Shown: in pieces, positions 18,843 through 27,091 of the stretch
How the letters are laid out: every line of letters starts with the position of its first letter
Numbering within the stretch: position 1 is the first letter of the stretch
IMG/VR virus record: IMGVR_UViG_3300046170_000277
Location: 1-59,242 of that record
Strand: one strand, 5' to 3'
Length of the DNA stretch: 59,242 nucleotides
From: a virus
Taxonomy: Duplodnaviria > Caudoviricetes
Made by a program: the position numbers and the translations under genes
The notes under the pieces: generated by a model
Told to the model about the DNA's origin: nothing
What the model saw: the letters and a program-made list of their open reading frames with translations, nothing else
The model's database searches: none

Positions 18843-19397
18843 TTACATGTGCTCCAGCATCAGATGATCTGTGGAGTGTGTGACCTGTGTGTAGTTGAAA
18901 GCCTTTCCAATGATCACTTCATCCTTCACTGTTGAAGCCTGGGCATGGCGGAAACACTTATTGATTTCATGCAGCCAGAATTCAATCTGATTGGCCCAGG
19001 CTGCTGGCTTGTAGTGGCCACACCTTTGGGCATATAGGAAATAACCATCTGCTGGCATTCCTGTTTTTTTCAGCACCACCAGGGAACTGAACAAAAGCGT
19101 TTCCTCTGGCTTTTTTGCCATTTCCTGTGCCTGTAGCCTTCCAAGCACTCCACTGACTGTGTGCCGTGTGAATTTGTTGGTGAACAGCACCCTGTTCAGT
19201 TCCTGGGCAAATTCCAGATAAGTCAGAGCGTTTCCACGTTCTGCAATCCGCAAAAGAATCATCCTTGCAGCCATGTCTTCCACCATTGCACGTGTGTTGA
19301 TGGGCAAGCGTTCATGGGGTTCAAACTTTGGGCTGATTGCATGGTTCTGAACCAGTCCAGTTCTTGGGCTGATCCTGGTTTTCTGTTTCACTCTCAT
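18843..19397 (-). CDS. Putative winged-helix protein resembling a domain seen with restriction-type nucleases
   Basis: LTYLEFAQEL...GVLGRL...LFSSLVVLKKTGMPADGYF. Confidence 0.55.
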   Translation of the reverse strand: MRVKQKTRISPRTGLVQNHAISPKFEPHERLPINTRAMVEDMAARMILLRIAERGNALTYLEFAQELNRVLFTNKFTRHTVSGVLGRLQAQEMAKKPEETLLFSSLVVLKKTGMPADGYFLYAQRCGHYKPAAWANQIEFWLHEINKCFRHAQASTVKDEVIIGKAFNYTQVTHSTDHLMLEHM

Positions 19398-19658
19398 GAT
19401 GTGGCTCCAGGGTTGGGTTCTGGCAGGAAGCTTTCCAGGGCTTTTCTTACTTGTTCCAAGCTGTGCACTGAAAGAATCAGCCTGGGGTTCTGGTCAATCA
19501 TGGAATCCAGTTCATACTTGATCACGTCAAGATCTCCCAAGGCTTCTTTGACAGTCTTGTATTGTTTTAGTGGCATGGGCATGGCTCCAGTTTGGGTTTG
19601 GGTTACGCTCAAAAGTGAGCATCGAACCATCCAAGCTGGATGGCTCTGTGCTGACTTC

Positions 19659-20442
19659 TCAGGCTGTTTCTGTTTCCTTGGTCTGCTGGTTTTCCAGGTG
19701 CTGCTTTGCTGCTTTGTACATGGCCAGCTTTGCGTCTTTGGGTAGGTTCAGAAAGTTCTTGGCCACTTCTTCACCAAAAGCTTTCTTGACATCACCAGCT
19801 TCAAATTCCAGCACCTGGGATTCAGCCTTTTCACGTATTTCTCTGGCCCTTTTCATTTCACAGGATTCAAAGCAGGCTCTGCCAGTTTCTGGATCTGTCC
19901 AGAACACCATCGTGGCTGTTTTGCGTTTTTCCAGAACCTTTCCAGTGCTCTGGCTGATTTCCTGGCCTGCTACAGTTACCAGGAAGCTCATGGGTGACAG
20001 TGTGGAATCATCTGGATCCATCAGATTTGTTGCGATGCTTTCGCCACTGGTGATCAAATCAGTCAGACAATTACCTGTGATTGATATATGTTCCAAGGAA
20101 GCTGATCTGATCAACTACCATGTGATCTTCTGGAAGCCATGCCACTGGAATCAGTCCATTGGGGTTTTTCTTCTTTGCTTCAATCCAGAATGAAGCCCAC
20201 TTGCTTGGTGCAATCTGCTTGGAAAGCTTGTCATGATGGTCATTAGCCCAGGCTAGGAATTCATTCTTCAGTACGAATTCAGCGTGCTGGAACACACCTT
20301 CCAGCATGGTCTGCCAGTCTTCCAGCGTCATGGCTGTGCCACCTATTGATGTGACTTCCTTGAAGGTACTGATGCGGCTTCCATCTGTGTCATTTTTTGT
20401 GTTGATGTAGAAAGTGGCCTTGGTTTCTTTGTTCGTGCTCAT
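19659..20442 (-). CDS. Hypothetical protein (two overlapping ORFs, probably one gene with a +1 frameshift near 20115)
   Basis: ORFs 20071-20442 and 19659-20114 overlap in +1 register; the second has no good start. Confidence 0.5.
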
Positions 20443-20473
20443 GGTATTGCTCCAGTATTGGTTTGGGTTGTTT

Positions 20474-20521
20474 GCTTCAAGTGAAGCATCGAAGGCACCC
20501 AGGAAGATGCCTTCTGTGCTT
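20474..20521 (-). repeat. Structured post-stop-codon element, copy 1 of 10
   Basis: - strand: TGA gtc AAGCA CA GAAGGCATC..GGTGCCTTC GA TGCTTCA ct TGAAGCA, then the AACCCAAACC box. Confidence 0.9.
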
Positions 20522-20524
20522 GAC

Positions 20525-20854
20525 TCAGTAGCAGTAGTCTGCAGATGACCAGTTGGCCCTGGTAGCTGTGAACACGTTTCCACGTGCACAGTTCTTGGTT
20601 GGGCTTTTCCAATCTCTGGGCTTCAGAATATCCCCAGATTTGAACTTGCCATCATCCTTGATGCAGATGAATGAATGAACGCTAGTGCCAGCAAAAACCT
20701 TGATGTATTTCTTGCCAGTTTCAGCACTCAGTGACTTCTGGAAGCGTTCCTGCTGTGTGGCTTTCCACTCAGCATCTGCGATGTCACTGCTGAACGTGTT
20801 GTAGTCTGCGCTGATCAGATTCAGATAATTTTGAATTGCTGTTTGAAGTTCCAT
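20525..20854 (-). CDS. Conserved phage early protein
   Basis: GKKYIKV...SVHSFI...GDILKP.DWKSP.K..RGNVF motif. Confidence 0.8.
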   Translation of the reverse strand: MELQTAIQNYLNLISADYNTFSSDIADAEWKATQQERFQKSLSAETGKKYIKVFAGTSVHSFICIKDDGKFKSGDILKPRDWKSPTKNCARGNVFTATRANWSSADYCY

Positions 20855-20913
20855 TTGTCTGCTCCGAAAGTGGTTTGGGTTTGTGTTGGCTGTGTTGCCA
20901 ACCTCTGAATCTA

Positions 20914-20942
20914 ATTCTATACACACCACGTGAACATTGCAA
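20914..20942 (-). promoter_or_regulatory. sigma70-like early promoter with operator
   Basis: TTGCAA-17 bp-TAGAAT; TACACACCACGTGAA at 20920-20934. Confidence 0.8.
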
Positions 20943-20950
20943 GGAAAAAA

Positions 20951-21256
20951 TCACATTGCGGCTATTTTTGTTTTCAGATGCTCTGGAACCTGCTTTTCAT
21001 TCCAGTTTCGTGTCAGTGTCACGATATGGGTCAAAGCCTGTTCCACTCCACAGCCCAGAAAGAAAGATCTGAACCCTTCATCATCCACCTGTGATCTTCC
21101 TGGCCCATCAAATCCATATTTAGTCAGGTCAGTTTTGGTGTTTAGATAGTAGCACTTGGCACCATAACGTGTACCACTAACCACCACCTTTGGCAGTGTC
21201 AGGTCAGTCTTCAGACCAAGAACAATCAGTTTGATGAATAGCTGGTTGAATTGCAT
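20951..21256 (-). CDS. Hypothetical early protein
   Basis: GGAG SD after element copy 2. Confidence 0.65.
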   Translation of the reverse strand: MQFNQLFIKLIVLGLKTDLTLPKVVVSGTRYGAKCYYLNTKTDLTKYGFDGPGRSQVDDEGFRSFFLGCGVEQALTHIVTLTRNWNEKQVPEHLKTKIAAM

Positions 21257-21288
21257 GTTGGCTCCAATGGTTTGGGTTTGGGTTGTTT

Positions 21289-21337
21289 GCTTCAAATCGA
21301 AGCATCAAAGCCACCCTGGTGGATGGCTTTTGTGCTT
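21289..21337 (-). repeat. Structured element, copy 2
   Basis: AAGCA CA AAAGCC..GGCTTT GA TGCTTC gattt GAAGCA. Confidence 0.9.
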
Positions 21338-21345
21338 TGGTCTGA

Positions 21346-21573
21346 TTATCCCCAAGTGATCAAGATGGTGTGCTTGTGTTCCTCTGTGGCAATGGCCCAT
21401 GCCTTTGCTGTGTAGCCCTTGTATTCCATCCTGTTGCTGAAAGGGTTGAAAGTCTTGGCAACCTTCAAGCCTGCTTCCTCGCAAGCCTTGGCAACCTTCT
21501 TGTCTGCACCAATGTAGGCATAGCCATTGTTTGCATTCTTGATTTTGTTAATTGCTGATTTTGCTCGTTCCAT
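21346..21573 (-). CDS. Hypothetical early protein
   Basis: First gene after the promoter at about 21631-21659. Confidence 0.65.
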   Translation of the reverse strand: MERAKSAINKIKNANNGYAYIGADKKVAKACEEAGLKVAKTFNPFSNRMEYKGYTAKAWAIATEEHKHTILITWG

Positions 21574-21630
21574 TTTTGAATCCTGGTTTGTGGTTTGGGT
21601 TTGTTGCCCTGTGTCGCAACGTCTGAGTAT

Positions 21631-21659
21631 ATATTTACACACTACGTGAAAGACTGCAA
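21631..21659 (-). promoter_or_regulatory. Early promoter with operator
   Basis: TTGCAG -35, AT-rich -10, TACACACTACGTGAA at 21636-21650. Confidence 0.7.
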
Positions 21660-21675
21660 GGAAAAAATGAAATAT

Positions 21676-21987
21676 TTATTCATCTTTAAACCATTCAACA
21701 ATTCGTGTGATCAGTATTCCTTGAACAGCATAGAAAAAAACAATGATGATACCAGCAGCCACAGTTTCCAAAAAAGTGGTGTACCAGGGAACCAGAAAGC
21801 CGGATTCAATTGGGATCATTTCCAGATGCAAAAGCAGAAGAAATGGTGGCATTACAAACAGTGTGAAGCCAATGCCAAACAAGCTGGCCATGATAGTGCC
21901 ACCAATCACCATGAATGCTAATTTCAGCAGGATGAAGGGCACAGCAAAGATGGCACCCAGGATGAAAAGAAAAAAATTTATCATCAT
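21676..21987 (-). CDS. Multi-pass membrane protein
   Basis: Three hydrophobic segments; GGAG SD. Confidence 0.65.
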   Translation of the reverse strand: MMINFFLFILGAIFAVPFILLKLAFMVIGGTIMASLFGIGFTLFVMPPFLLLLHLEMIPIESGFLVPWYTTFLETVAAGIIIVFFYAVQGILITRIVEWFKDE

Positions 21988-22015
21988 TGTCTCCAGTGGT
22001 TTGCGGTTTGGGTTT

Positions 22016-22064
22016 GCTTCAAATCGAAGCATCAGCACCACCATTGCTGATGATGCTTGTGCTT
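22016..22064 (-). repeat. Structured element, copy 3
   Basis: AAGCA CA AGCATC..GGTGCT GA TGCTTC gattt GAAGCA. Confidence 0.9.
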
Positions 22065-22068
22065 AGAT

Positions 22069-22389
22069 CTAGAATCCAAATTTGTGCCGCATGGCGTTGT
22101 CAAACCACTTGGCTTCCACTGGCCCATGCTCAATCACTTCACCATAGACTTTGGAACTGATCACAGCATTCTTATAGATCACATAGGCTGTGACATAGCC
22201 ACCAAGTCTGGCCTGTGGGTCTGTCATGTACCTTTCTTTGAACATCTTGTTTGCGTAGCGTTTGGCACCCAGAAGATTTCCTTCATAGCTGAATTCTTCT
22301 CTGGTTTGATAATCCCCTGGCACTGGCCCACGTGCCTTCAAAATGATTTTAAAAAACCATTTAAAGCCCTTCAGATCTTCATGGTTCAT
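22069..22389 (-). CDS. Hypothetical early protein
   Basis: Bounded by element copies 4 and 3; YEGNLLGAKRYA resembles YEGTFLGAKKAA of 23701-24042. Confidence 0.65.
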   Translation of the reverse strand: MNHEDLKGFKWFFKIILKARGPVPGDYQTREEFSYEGNLLGAKRYANKMFKERYMTDPQARLGGYVTAYVIYKNAVISSKVYGEVIEHGPVEAKWFDNAMRHKFGF

Positions 22390-22418
22390 GTTCTGTCTCT
22401 GTTGATGGTTTGGGTTTG

Positions 22419-22465
22419 GCTTCAAGTGAAGCATCGAAGGCACCACTTGGGTGCCCTCTGTGCTT
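22419..22465 (-). repeat. Structured element, copy 4
   Basis: AAGCA CA GAGGGCACC..GGTGCCTTC GA TGCTTCA ct TGAAGC. Confidence 0.9.
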
Positions 22466-22468
22466 GAC

Positions 22469-22825
22469 TCAGTAACCCCAGAAGCCTTCAGTCAGGGTGA
22501 AGGGCTTGTTCCAGTTGCCCACGCTCCAGTGCTCGTAATAACCAACATCAAAGTAGTCAGTCATGTGGTCACTGTTGTCATGGTTGGCCACTGTCTCATG
22601 AACCAGCTTTCGCATTTTCACCAGGATGTTGCCATCAGCGTATTTTTCCAGGTTGAAGTAGTTCAGTTGCGTGTATTCTTCACACCCAAAGTTAGTGGGG
22701 CCAGCCAGGATGGTGATGTTCACACCACTGCAGTGGTGCTTGGTCACTGAAAGTTTGAACTTTGGGAAAGCTTTTTTCAGTGCTGTTCTGATCTTCTTAA
22801 CTTGGTCTGAGTTGATGTAAGCCAT
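22469..22825 (-). CDS. LPD29-like phage early protein
   Basis: MAYI...KIRTALKKAFPKFKLSV...V.ITILAGP...SDHMTDYFDVGYY motif. Confidence 0.7.
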   Translation of the reverse strand: MAYINSDQVKKIRTALKKAFPKFKLSVTKHHCSGVNITILAGPTNFGCEEYTQLNYFNLEKYADGNILVKMRKLVHETVANHDNSDHMTDYFDVGYYEHWSVGNWNKPFTLTEGFWGY

Positions 22826-22888
22826 TGATTGTCTCTGTGGTTGGTTTGGGTTTGTGCTGCAGCCTCATTGCCGCAACCTCTGATTATA

Positions 22889-22917
22889 ATATTACACACC
22901 ACGTGAAAGAAGTGCAA
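22889..22917 (-). promoter_or_regulatory. Early promoter with operator
   Basis: TTGCAC-17 bp-TAATAT; palindrome at 22893-22907. Confidence 0.8.
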
Positions 22918-22939
22918 GGGTTTTTTCACTTTTTTTTAA

Positions 22940-23194
22940 TCAGCCAAAAGTTATTCGGAGATTGTCTGGCTGATTCATGTTGTCTGATCCACTCCAGAGC
23001 CAGTTTACCTGGACACCTTCAGCATCTTCCATTTCAGCCATGTCATCATCCATCCACTCTTCAAGTTCTTCCCTGACTTCTTTCTTGGTCACAGCAAAAA
23101 GGAATTCATCACAGATCTCTCCATTCTTTGTGAAAGGTCTGGGCGTGGAAATGAAGATTTTGTTGGCCTGCTTGATTGCATCTTTTAAGGTCAT
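22940..23194 (-). CDS. Acidic hypothetical protein, paralog of 2338-2562
   Basis: AGGAG SD; D/E-rich C-terminal half. Confidence 0.65.
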   Translation of the reverse strand: MTLKDAIKQANKIFISTPRPFTKNGEICDEFLFAVTKKEVREELEEWMDDDMAEMEDAEGVQVNWLWSGSDNMNQPDNLRITFG

Positions 23195-23231
23195 GATTCT
23201 GCTCCTGTGCTGGTTTTGGTTTGGGTTCAAG

Positions 23232-23278
23232 GATCCACTAAGTGAATCATCAGAGCCACCAGGGTGGCCCTTGTGATT
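23232..23278 (-). repeat. Structured element, copy 5 (AATCA variant)
   Basis: AATCA CA AGGGCCACC..GGTGGCTCT GA TGATTCAC tta GTGGATC. Confidence 0.85.
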
Positions 23279-23281
23279 GAC

Positions 23282-23593
23282 TCAGGCTGGAGTGGTGCCA
23301 CCCTTGCCATCATACTTGTGATGGGCTTTGATGGCCCACTTGTCAAAGATGGGCTGGCCATCTGGTGTTTCATCTGTGGCAATGTAGGCCACAGTTTTCA
23401 GCACCTTGCCATATCTGAAACCATCCAGTGTCCAGATCAGATGTGGAAGCTGGTCTTTGTGATCAGCACCCCATCCAGCTTCCTCCAGGTTGGTGCTGTA
23501 TTCAAACAGCACTGACGTTTCCTTGTTGTCGAAACGTCCCAGGATGGAACCGTTGCCAACGTTGAAGTAGGTGGTGCTTGATGCGTGTGCCAT
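23282..23593 (-). CDS. Conserved phage hypothetical protein
   Basis: LFEYS...PHLIWT..GFRYGKVLKTVAYIATDE motif. Confidence 0.7.
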   Translation of the reverse strand: MAHASSTTYFNVGNGSILGRFDNKETSVLFEYSTNLEEAGWGADHKDQLPHLIWTLDGFRYGKVLKTVAYIATDETPDGQPIFDKWAIKAHHKYDGKGGTTPA

Positions 23594-23654
23594 TTGGAAA
23601 CTCCGAAGGTGGTTTGGGTTTTGGGTGCCGCTCTGTGCTGCACCCTATGAATAT

Positions 23655-23683
23655 AATATATTTCACGTGGTGTGAAAAAGCAA
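23655..23683 (-). promoter_or_regulatory. Early promoter with inverted operator
   Basis: TTGCTT-17 bp-TATATT; TTCACGTGGTGTGAA at 23662-23676 is the reverse complement of the copy at 24392. Confidence 0.75.
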
Positions 23684-23700
23684 GGAAAAAAAATAGTTTT

Positions 23701-24042
23701 TTATCTGCAGTGCCACTTGGTGGCCATTTCATAGTCATCAGTCTTGTTTTTTTCCATCCACATGACTTTGGATCCTTCCACAGTGTTGTACCATCTGGAG
23801 CCATTATCATACTTGTTCACCTTGCCATGCCTTTTGCCAGATGTGGCCAGCCATTTGGTATCCAGAAAAATTTCAATGGCTGTGAATGGATGGGTGTGGT
23901 TGCATTCAGCCAGTAACTTGAAGGCTGCTTTTTTTGCACCCAGGAAAGTTCCTTCATAGATCTTGATGGATAGTTCTGTGTCAGCTTTGAATTTTGCAGA
24001 AATAACTTTGTTTGAAACTATTTTGATGGTGAACTTTTTCAT
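23701..24042 (-). CDS. Hypothetical early protein
   Basis: Follows element copy 6. Confidence 0.65.
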   Translation of the reverse strand: MKKFTIKIVSNKVISAKFKADTELSIKIYEGTFLGAKKAAFKLLAECNHTHPFTAIEIFLDTKWLATSGKRHGKVNKYDNGSRWYNTVEGSKVMWMEKNKTDDYEMATKWHCR

Positions 24043-24074
24043 GGTGCTGTTCCTGGTTTGGGTTTGGGTTGTTT

Positions 24075-24123
24075 GATTCTGAATGAATCATCAGCACCAC
24101 CCTGGTGGATGGTGCTTGTGATT
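24075..24123 (-). repeat. Structured element, copy 6 (AATCA variant)
   Basis: AATCA CA AGCACC..GGTGCT GA TGATTC attca GAATCA. Confidence 0.9.
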
Positions 24124-24126
24124 TAC

Positions 24127-24330
24127 TCAGAGAGTGATGACGTGAACAAATTCACCATTCTTGGCTGATCTGTAGAACATGGCATGCTTGGTTCCTTTGG
24201 CGTTTACTCCATTGTAAACATCACCATCAAACCCTTGGCTGATCAGATGTGCTTTCAAGTTGGGTCTGTCACCAGATTGCTTTGTCAGAGTGAAAACTGT
24301 TTTGTTCTTGGTTGCTGTTAAGTTTGTCAT
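24127..24330 (-). CDS. Hypothetical early protein
   Basis: AGGAG SD; first gene after the promoter at about 24387-24415. Confidence 0.65.
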   Translation of the reverse strand: MTNLTATKNKTVFTLTKQSGDRPNLKAHLISQGFDGDVYNGVNAKGTKHAMFYRSAKNGEFVHVITL

Positions 24331-24386
24331 TTTGTTTCTCCTGGTTGGTTTGGGTTTGTGCTGCTCTGTGCTGCACTGTTGAAATA

Positions 24387-24415
24387 ATTATTTCACACCA
24401 CGTGAAATAGTGCAA
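24387..24415 (-). promoter_or_regulatory. Early promoter with operator
   Basis: TTGCAC -35, AT-rich -10, TTCACACCACGTGAA at 24392-24406. Confidence 0.7.
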
Positions 24416-24903
24416 GAACTTTTTTCAACTTTTTTCTGGATTCCACCATTGTGTTTGTCCTGACTGGCTTTCTCCAGGTTGCGTTTCAAGCTGTAGTCAA
24501 CTGGCTGATAAAATGGGCCACGTGAAAAAGCCTTCACTGCCCTTGCTGCTGCCATCAATGGGTTTTCATCCAGTGGTTGGAACTTGTGGCTGCACTGGCG
24601 CATCATGAATGCCCTGGTGTCCCTTTTGGAGATCACCAGAATGGTTTCTTCCTTTGGCTTTCCATTCGTGAAAGATGGGTGCTGAAAAAGCCTGCTGACT
24701 TTCCAGATGTTTTTCACCCTTTGCCAGCTTGTACGTGTTTCCAGAAGCTTGGCCTGCATCATTTCCTGGCCATCTGGATCATACAAAAACATTCTGTTGA
24801 AGATAGATGATGGTGGTGAATAGCTGTGGATGGTGCAGGCATTGGGCAGCACACAGATGGTTCTGTGCAGTCTGGAATTCTTGACCATCGTGTAGAATTG
24901 CAT
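24388..24903 (-). CDS. Hypothetical early protein
   Basis: GGAG SD after element copy 7; the 3' end runs into the next promoter, so the end is uncertain. Confidence 0.55.
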   Translation of the reverse strand: MQFYTMVKNSRLHRTICVLPNACTIHSYSPPSSIFNRMFLYDPDGQEMMQAKLLETRTSWQRVKNIWKVSRLFQHPSFTNGKPKEETILVISKRDTRAFMMRQCSHKFQPLDENPLMAAARAVKAFSRGPFYQPVDYSLKRNLEKASQDKHNGGIQKKVEKSSCTISRGVK

Positions 24904-24929
24904 GATGTCTCCATGTTTGGGTTGGGTTT

Positions 24930-24977
24930 GCTCTAAGCAGAGCATCAGCACCACCCTGGTGGATGGTGCTTGTGCTT
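24930..24977 (-). repeat. Structured element, copy 7
   Basis: AAGCA CA AGCACC..GGTGCT GA TGCTCT gctt AGAGCA. Confidence 0.9.
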
Positions 24978-24980
24978 GGC

Positions 24981-25217
24981 TCAGATGTCTGCTGCTTTCG
25001 CTAGGTTGCTGCAGACTGTTTTGAAGTAGTCCTTCAGTTCCTGGTTGGTCTGAAGCTTCCACTGGAGTTCAGAATTTGAAAGCCTTGCTGACTTAGCAAA
25101 AGCATCAAAAACTGTTGGCCCACATGTGCATTCTTTGGCAGTCATTCCCAATTCCAGAGAAAGTGCACCAAGGAATCTGCAGATTGCTTCACGTTCTGGG
25201 CTGAGTTGAATTTCCAT
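24981..25217 (-). CDS. Hypothetical early protein
   Basis: GGAG SD; downstream of the promoter at about 25277-25305. Confidence 0.65.
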   Translation of the reverse strand: MEIQLSPEREAICRFLGALSLELGMTAKECTCGPTVFDAFAKSARLSNSELQWKLQTNQELKDYFKTVCSNLAKAADI

Positions 25218-25276
25218 CTTGTCTCCATTGGTTTGTGGTTTGGGTTGGGTTGGCTTTGCTGCCAACCACTGTGTAT

Positions 25277-25305
25277 ATCATTACACACTGTGTGAAACAG
25301 TGCAA
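25277..25305 (-). promoter_or_regulatory. Early promoter with operator
   Basis: TTGCAC -35; TACACACTGTGTGAA at 25282-25296. Confidence 0.65.
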
Positions 25306-25312
25306 GGGTTTT

Positions 25313-25492
25313 TTATCTTTTTTTTGCCAGCCTGGGCACTGCTGAAGTTCTTTTCCTTCCCAGGTATCTGCATTTCATTTCCAGACTTCCAGAAGGGCAG
25401 GAAATCCTTCTTTTGAATCTTCTGTCCAGTTCCACAATTCTTTCGTAGTCCATTCGGTAGTAGTTTGGATCAATCATCAATGCTTCATTCAT
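25313..25492 (-). CDS. Small basic hypothetical protein
   Basis: ATG follows element copy 8 and the leader box; 59 aa. Confidence 0.45.
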   Translation of the reverse strand: MNEALMIDPNYYRMDYERIVELDRRFKRRISCPSGSLEMKCRYLGRKRTSAVPRLAKKR

Positions 25493-25520
25493 GGTCTGTC
25501 TCTTTGGTGGTTTGGGTTTG

Positions 25521-25570
25521 GCTCTGAAAGTAGAGCATCAGCACCACCCTGGTAGATGGTGCTTGTGCTT
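25521..25570 (-). repeat. Structured element, copy 8
   Basis: AAGCA CA AGCACC..GGTGCT GA TGCTCT actttc AGAGC. Confidence 0.9.
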
Positions 25571-25575
25571 TACTC

Positions 25576-25827
25576 TTAGATGTTTGGATCCTTGACTGCA
25601 TCGCATATCCAAGCACATCCTGTCCATGCTGGCCACTCTTCACCATCATCATCAGTGAAGGTTCCATCTACTGTGGCTTCTGCATATACTTCATCAGCAG
25701 TGAAGTAAACCATGAAGGCTTCCACACCATCTGCTGCTTCATTCCAGATGAACTTCTTTGCTTCAAAAGCTGTGTTGAAGGTGGCTTTTGAAAACATGGT
25801 TTGAACTTCGATTGCTTGATTCATCAT
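25576..25827 (-). CDS. Acidic hypothetical early protein
   Basis: First gene of the island, after the promoter at about 25885-25913. Confidence 0.65.
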   Translation of the reverse strand: MMNQAIEVQTMFSKATFNTAFEAKKFIWNEAADGVEAFMVYFTADEVYAEATVDGTFTDDDGEEWPAWTGCAWICDAVKDPNI

Positions 25828-25884
25828 GGTCTGTCTCGTTTGGTGGTTTGGGTTTGTTCTGCGTTGTGCCGAACTGTTGAAATA

Positions 25885-25969
25885 ATTATTACACACCATG
25901 TGAAAGAATACAAGGGGAAATATTCACTTTTTGAAAAAAACTTTGTTTTCACTGTCCACACTGTGTGAA
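25885..25969. promoter_or_regulatory. Early leftward promoter plus a second operator-like site toward the capsid gene
   Basis: TTGTAT -35 with palindrome 25890-25904; TCCACACTGTGTGAA at 25955-25969 just before a rightward TTGACA. Confidence 0.6.
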
Positions 25970-26129
25970 CAGATAGGCTTGACAACTGCATTCAGACTGC
26001 TAATAGCTATTAGCTAAAATTCTTCATTGCTGCTGGTGCTCTGGTCTACGGTGTAGCCCAAGAACGTCAAGCACACTCAGACGGGGTCTGAGGTTCCTAC
26101 GAATCAACCCTGTTTTTGAGAGTGCTAAA

Positions 26130-27089
26130 ATGGCTGCAACACGTCTTTCTGATGTAATAGTTCCAGAAGTATTTGCCCCATATACAGTCCAGCGTTCTGC
26201 TGAACTTTCAATTCTTGCCCAAAGCGGACTACTCACCACAAATTCAACCCTGCAGGGGATGATCAATGGTGGTGGATCTACGTTCAATCTACCGTTTTTC
26301 AATGATCTATCTGGTTCAGATGAACTGATTGAAGATGGCACAGCCATCACAGTCAACAACATCACCACAGACCAGCAAATTGGGGTATCCCTGGCACGTG
26401 CAAAAGCCTGGGGTTCTAGCTTCCTGGCTCAGTATGTTTCTGGGGAAGATCCAATGGCAGTCATTGGTGATCTGGTGGCCCAGTATTGGGTACGCAGAGA
26501 GCAGGACACAGTCCTGGCCATCCTTGGTGGTTTGTTTGGTGCTGGTGGCCCACTTACCCAGGCCAGTCACAGCCATGTGAACACACAGGGCACCACAGCC
26601 ATTGACAATGACATGATGATTGACACGGTCAAATTGCTTGGTGATGCGTATGGCCAAGTTTCCACCATTGTGTGCCACAGCCACATCTATCACGCATTGA
26701 GAAAGCTGGATCTGGTGCAGTATGTTTCAGAGCCATCTGGCTTGAATCTGAACCAACCAACTTACATGGGCATGAGGATCCTGGTGGATGATGGAGTGCC
26801 AGAAAGTGGTGGATCCTATACCAGCTATGTTTTTGCACCTGGGGCCATCATGTATGCCAACGCCAACCTGGATGCACAGGATTCTGTTGAAGTGGATCGT
26901 GATTCACTCAGGTCAGAAGATGTGTTGATCAACAGAAAAAGATGTATCTATCACCCAGTTGGCTTCAAGTGGTCAGGAACTGCTGTTGGAGCCACACCAA
27001 CCAATGCTGAACTAGGTGCTGCAGGATCGTTCACTGCTGTTTATGAAAGCAAGAACATTCCGATGGTGGCACTGACCAGTGGGGTCTGA
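26130..27089 (+). CDS. Major capsid protein
   Basis: TRLSDVIVPEVF, GGSTFNLPFFNDL, RAKAWG, DPMAVIGDLVAQYW, TYMGMRILVDD and HPVGFKW motifs. Confidence 0.9.
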   Translation: MAATRLSDVIVPEVFAPYTVQRSAELSILAQSGLLTTNSTLQGMINGGGSTFNLPFFNDLSGSDELIEDGTAITVNNITTDQQIGVSLARAKAWGSSFLAQYVSGEDPMAVIGDLVAQYWVRREQDTVLAILGGLFGAGGPLTQASHSHVNTQGTTAIDNDMMIDTVKLLGDAYGQVSTIVCHSHIYHALRKLDLVQYVSEPSGLNLNQPTYMGMRILVDDGVPESGGSYTSYVFAPGAIMYANANLDAQDSVEVDRDSLRSEDVLINRKRCIYHPVGFKWSGTAVGATPTNAELGAAGSFTAVYESKNIPMVALTSGV

Positions 27090-27091
27090 CA

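Noticed and set aside
21269-21284. (GGTTTG)n as telomere-like or G-quadruplex DNA
   Set aside because: There are only two or three G runs per site, and the position tracks start codons, which fits an mRNA leader role better.
23232-24123. Hammerhead ribozyme reading of the repeated element (CUGAUGA followed by a hairpin in copies 5 and 6)
   Set aside because: There is no GAAA after stem II and no stem III. Other copies read CUGAUGC, UUGAUGC or UCGAUGC, which breaks the catalytic core.
20474-25570. CRISPR array or classical integron attC array
   Set aside because: Repeats are divergent and separated by whole genes. There are no cas genes and no RYYYAAC/GTTRRRY boxes. The integrase has a tRNA-type attP with arm sites rather than IntI features.
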